Positions 29,590 through 32,000 of a stretch of DNA of 32,000 nucleotides are shown piece by piece. Source of the DNA: Cylindrospermopsis raciborskii Cr2010 (GTDB lineage: Bacteria; Cyanobacteriota; Cyanobacteriia; Cyanobacteriales; Nostocaceae). Made by a program: the position numbers and the translations under genes. The notes beneath the pieces were generated by a model. It had not been told where the DNA came from. It did not search any database and saw only the letters and a list, made by a program, of their open reading frames with translations. The stretch is from the NCBI RefSeq assembly GCF_003367075.2, contig NZ_CP065936.1:2040001-2072000 (forward strand), in the 5' to 3' direction. How positions within the stretch are numbered: the first letter of the stretch is position 1; each line of letters opens with the position of its first letter.

Positions 29590-31175
29590 TTAACCCACCT
29601 GAGCTGCGGTCCAGACTCCTTCAAGCAGGCACATTCACATGTCTCCACGTGATTCTTTTAAACCGTTCCGTCAACTTGAAACTTAACTTTAATGCGACGC
29701 TCCCTGGAAAACCAAGGTGAGTTGGGCGATTTTCCTGTCACTGTCACGAGGTTTAACTAGTGGTTGGAAGAGTTGACTTGACGAGTAATCAGGCGATCGC
29801 CATCAAAATAAACCCTGTACCACCGGTTGTTTCTGCTAGTTCCCATAATTAATTCAATGCTAGGTTGATTTTCCCAGAAGCACGTAAAGCATCAATTCTA
29901 CTGGTTGGGTCATGGGATAAGATTGTCCAGCTTTTGATGATTGGCTGCCAACTATGACGTTGATTCCGTCTATCTCAATATCGATCCCCATAGCTATGAT
30001 AGAAAGTCCTTTATTTCTAAACCTGGGTGATTTGTAGTGCCACCCCGGGCGACGCCTCGTAAAGGTTTTTGGCAACGGATTTTTTCTAGTGGAAAATATT
30101 GCTGGATCCACTTTTGTATAGCAGGTAATTGTACTGTGCCACCCACCGTGCAAAACTGCGCTATCATCTATTTGCACACCTTGATGACGAGCCTGTTGTA
30201 ATAAATTCAACATAGTCTCATCCAATCGGCAAAAAACTGATCTTGGAGAATAGTTTCATGTCTGACGAGATTCAACCTTAACTCATAACTGGCAAAATTT
30301 TGATCGTCAAAGTAGACCTCTCCAGCTTGATTGTGGGTAGACAATTCAATTTTCAACCTCTCCGCCAATCTAGTAGTAATAGAATTAACTGGCAATCCCT
30401 GAGTTGTCACAAAACAATCAACTATCCAATTATCAATATCTGTGCCAACGGTTTTGTCCTCTGATTTGGCCGCACCTTGGCTGTTTTTACCTTTTGTGAG
30501 AGTCCAGCCAAAGATTTATTTCCCCATTTTTAATAAAAAAAACCTCACAGGTTTATTATCTACTGGGTCTTTTTATCCAGCTTCACCAAAGATAGATTCA
30601 GAGTTCCCGCCAAAATCAATCACTAACAAATTTTCAGTCTTTACACTGTATGCTAAAGCAGCAGCGGTAGGCTCATCCAACATTCTAATTTAGTAACTGG
30701 CAAGCTTGAAAACTTTGCCTAGCCAATAACGATAAACTTCAAAACTATCCACTGAACGGTTAATACCAAAGAGTCCAATCCGCCCTCAATAGATACAACT
30801 CCCTATTATCCCCTGGAGTAGAAACCATAAAGCTTCCACCTTTTCAAAAGCAATAGTTTCCACTATTTCTGGGTAAGAAACCTGAATATCTGCTCCAACA
30901 CCCCGTTTAAAAACTGGGTGAAAAAATCTACTATCACCCATGAGATCTAAAACCCGGATCTCGTATCTGCTGACCAATTAACACCTATCTTGATTTGCCG
31001 CTTCTATATAAACTAAACTGCATCAAAGGAGGATTCAAACCCTGTCGAGTAGATAACCCTGGCAAACTGGAGGGTTTCTGGTTGCTGGGTCACAGGGTTC
31101 CATCGGGTAATTACCGTATTACTCGTACCAAAATCAATTGCGGGTATATACTGAGATTTTTTACTGAAACTGGGG
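29590..31175 (-). pseudogene. Hsp70-family (DnaK-like 'hypothetical chaperone') protein pseudogene
   Basis: Minus-strand fragments: AIDFGTSNTVITRWNPVTQQPETL (no start codon remains upstream), EPTAAA-like (SLPLLL, out of frame), VIDFGGGT-like, GLPVNSITTRLAERLKIELSTHNQAGEVYFDDQNFASYELRL, LLQQARHQGVQIDDSAVLHGGW, and an ending ...LLEGVWTAAQVG*. Three short track ORFs (29860..30225, 30207..30410, 30786..30977) are pieces of it. Confidence 0.7.
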
Positions 31176-31419
31176 AATTTAACTTCCGTTCCAGTAAGGA
31201 TTGTTATTATGGTCTGACAGTTTGCTATACAATAGCATAAATTGTCAGCTCACTGGGTCCGCAAATTGCCTCCAGGAATTTAACCCAAATGAGACCTGCC
31301 ATTTTACAACCGACATTCTTACACTTTCCGGCAATATTTCGTCGACCTATGAACCGGAGATATTCTGGGAGAACTCGGTTATGAGTTCCAACGGTCAACA
31401 TTATCTCCCCAGTCAGACA

Positions 31420-31900
31420 TTAATCTTGACCGACTGACGACCAAAAACCCGATCCAAGAAAGCCTCCTATATTAGCCTCACCAGCGAAGCTGCTCGCCGT
31501 GAACTACCATTGCTCCTTTATTAATAGATGTACTACATTATACTCATGCCCAACTTAGGTAGAATATTCCTAAATGTTAGTGAACACATAGTTGCCTTGA
31601 TTACTACTTATACTCCGGCAGGTAAACTCCTGATTGTTGAAGCAAAAAATGCAGATCTCACCAGAGGTTTTACTCAACTTGCAGTCGAGCTGATTGCCCT
31701 TGATATCTGAGTAATTAGCGAAGAACCCATTCTCCACAGCCGTTTCCACAGGTGACATCTGGCAGTTTGAATTCTGCATCGGGGTAGCGGGCAAATTCAA
31801 CAAGTATTAAATCTATATCGAGTACCAGATGAGCTGGAAAGCTTAATGCGTATTCTTATAAAAAAATCCTTCAGCCCTATGAATGGGAAAATGGAAACTT
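31420..31900 (+). pseudogene. Restriction-endonuclease-like (HsdR_N-type) hypothetical protein, pseudogene
   Basis: Fragments LNLDRLTTKNPIQE, IAPLLIDVLHYT, KLLIVEAKNADLTRGFTQLAVELIALD, EEPILHS..STGDIWQF and LNLYRVPDELESLMRIL lie in different frames with stops between them. The family assignment comes from memory of a conserved cyanobacterial family and is weak. Confidence 0.35.
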
Positions 31901-32000
31901 CAGCTATATCTTCCTCTGCTCAGGTATTCCCTTTAGTTTACCCGACCTCACACATCCTGATGAATTAATCAGGTTCGTACCAAGTAGTTGAAAATCACTA

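Overview
The window looks like chromosome from a Nostocales-type cyanobacterium. This is inferred from repeated HIP1 GCGATCGC sites, a tmRNA tag reading ANNIVKFARKEALVAA, and NuiA-, FtrV- and AgrE/ArgZ-type genes. It falls into two very different halves.

(1) Positions 1-16,353 are tightly packed with apparently intact genes:
- the 5' part (>1,630 codons, running off the left edge) of a giant beta-helix/cadherin-like surface protein
- two co-directional secreted or outer-membrane proteins
- a divergently transcribed short PilQ/GspD-type secretin
- a VanY-type peptidase, a NuiA-like nuclease inhibitor and tRNA-Cys
- a BlaI/BlaR1-like pair, an IS630 scar, ftrV, a PP2C phosphatase and an NfeD/SPFH pair

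(2) Positions 16,371-32,000 contain no intact protein gene. I can read nine decayed genes there: a Fur/Zur-like regulator, purS, purQ, a ~700-codon agrE/argZ-like gene, metK, a pentapeptide-repeat protein, an Hsp70-like protein, and an HsdR_N-like protein. There is also a ~6.6 kb A-rich, low-GC, ORF-free tract that I cannot assign. A tmRNA gene sits in the middle of this block. Its tag ORF is intact, but its T-arm and acceptor stem look non-canonical.

I see no CRISPR array, no intact mobile element, and no recognisable defence system. The items most worth a second look are the sharp intact/decayed boundary, the unassignable 6.6 kb tract, the loss of metK and purSQ, and the secretin plus giant-adhesin cluster. 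All homology calls come from reading translations by eye and from memory. None has been checked against a database.
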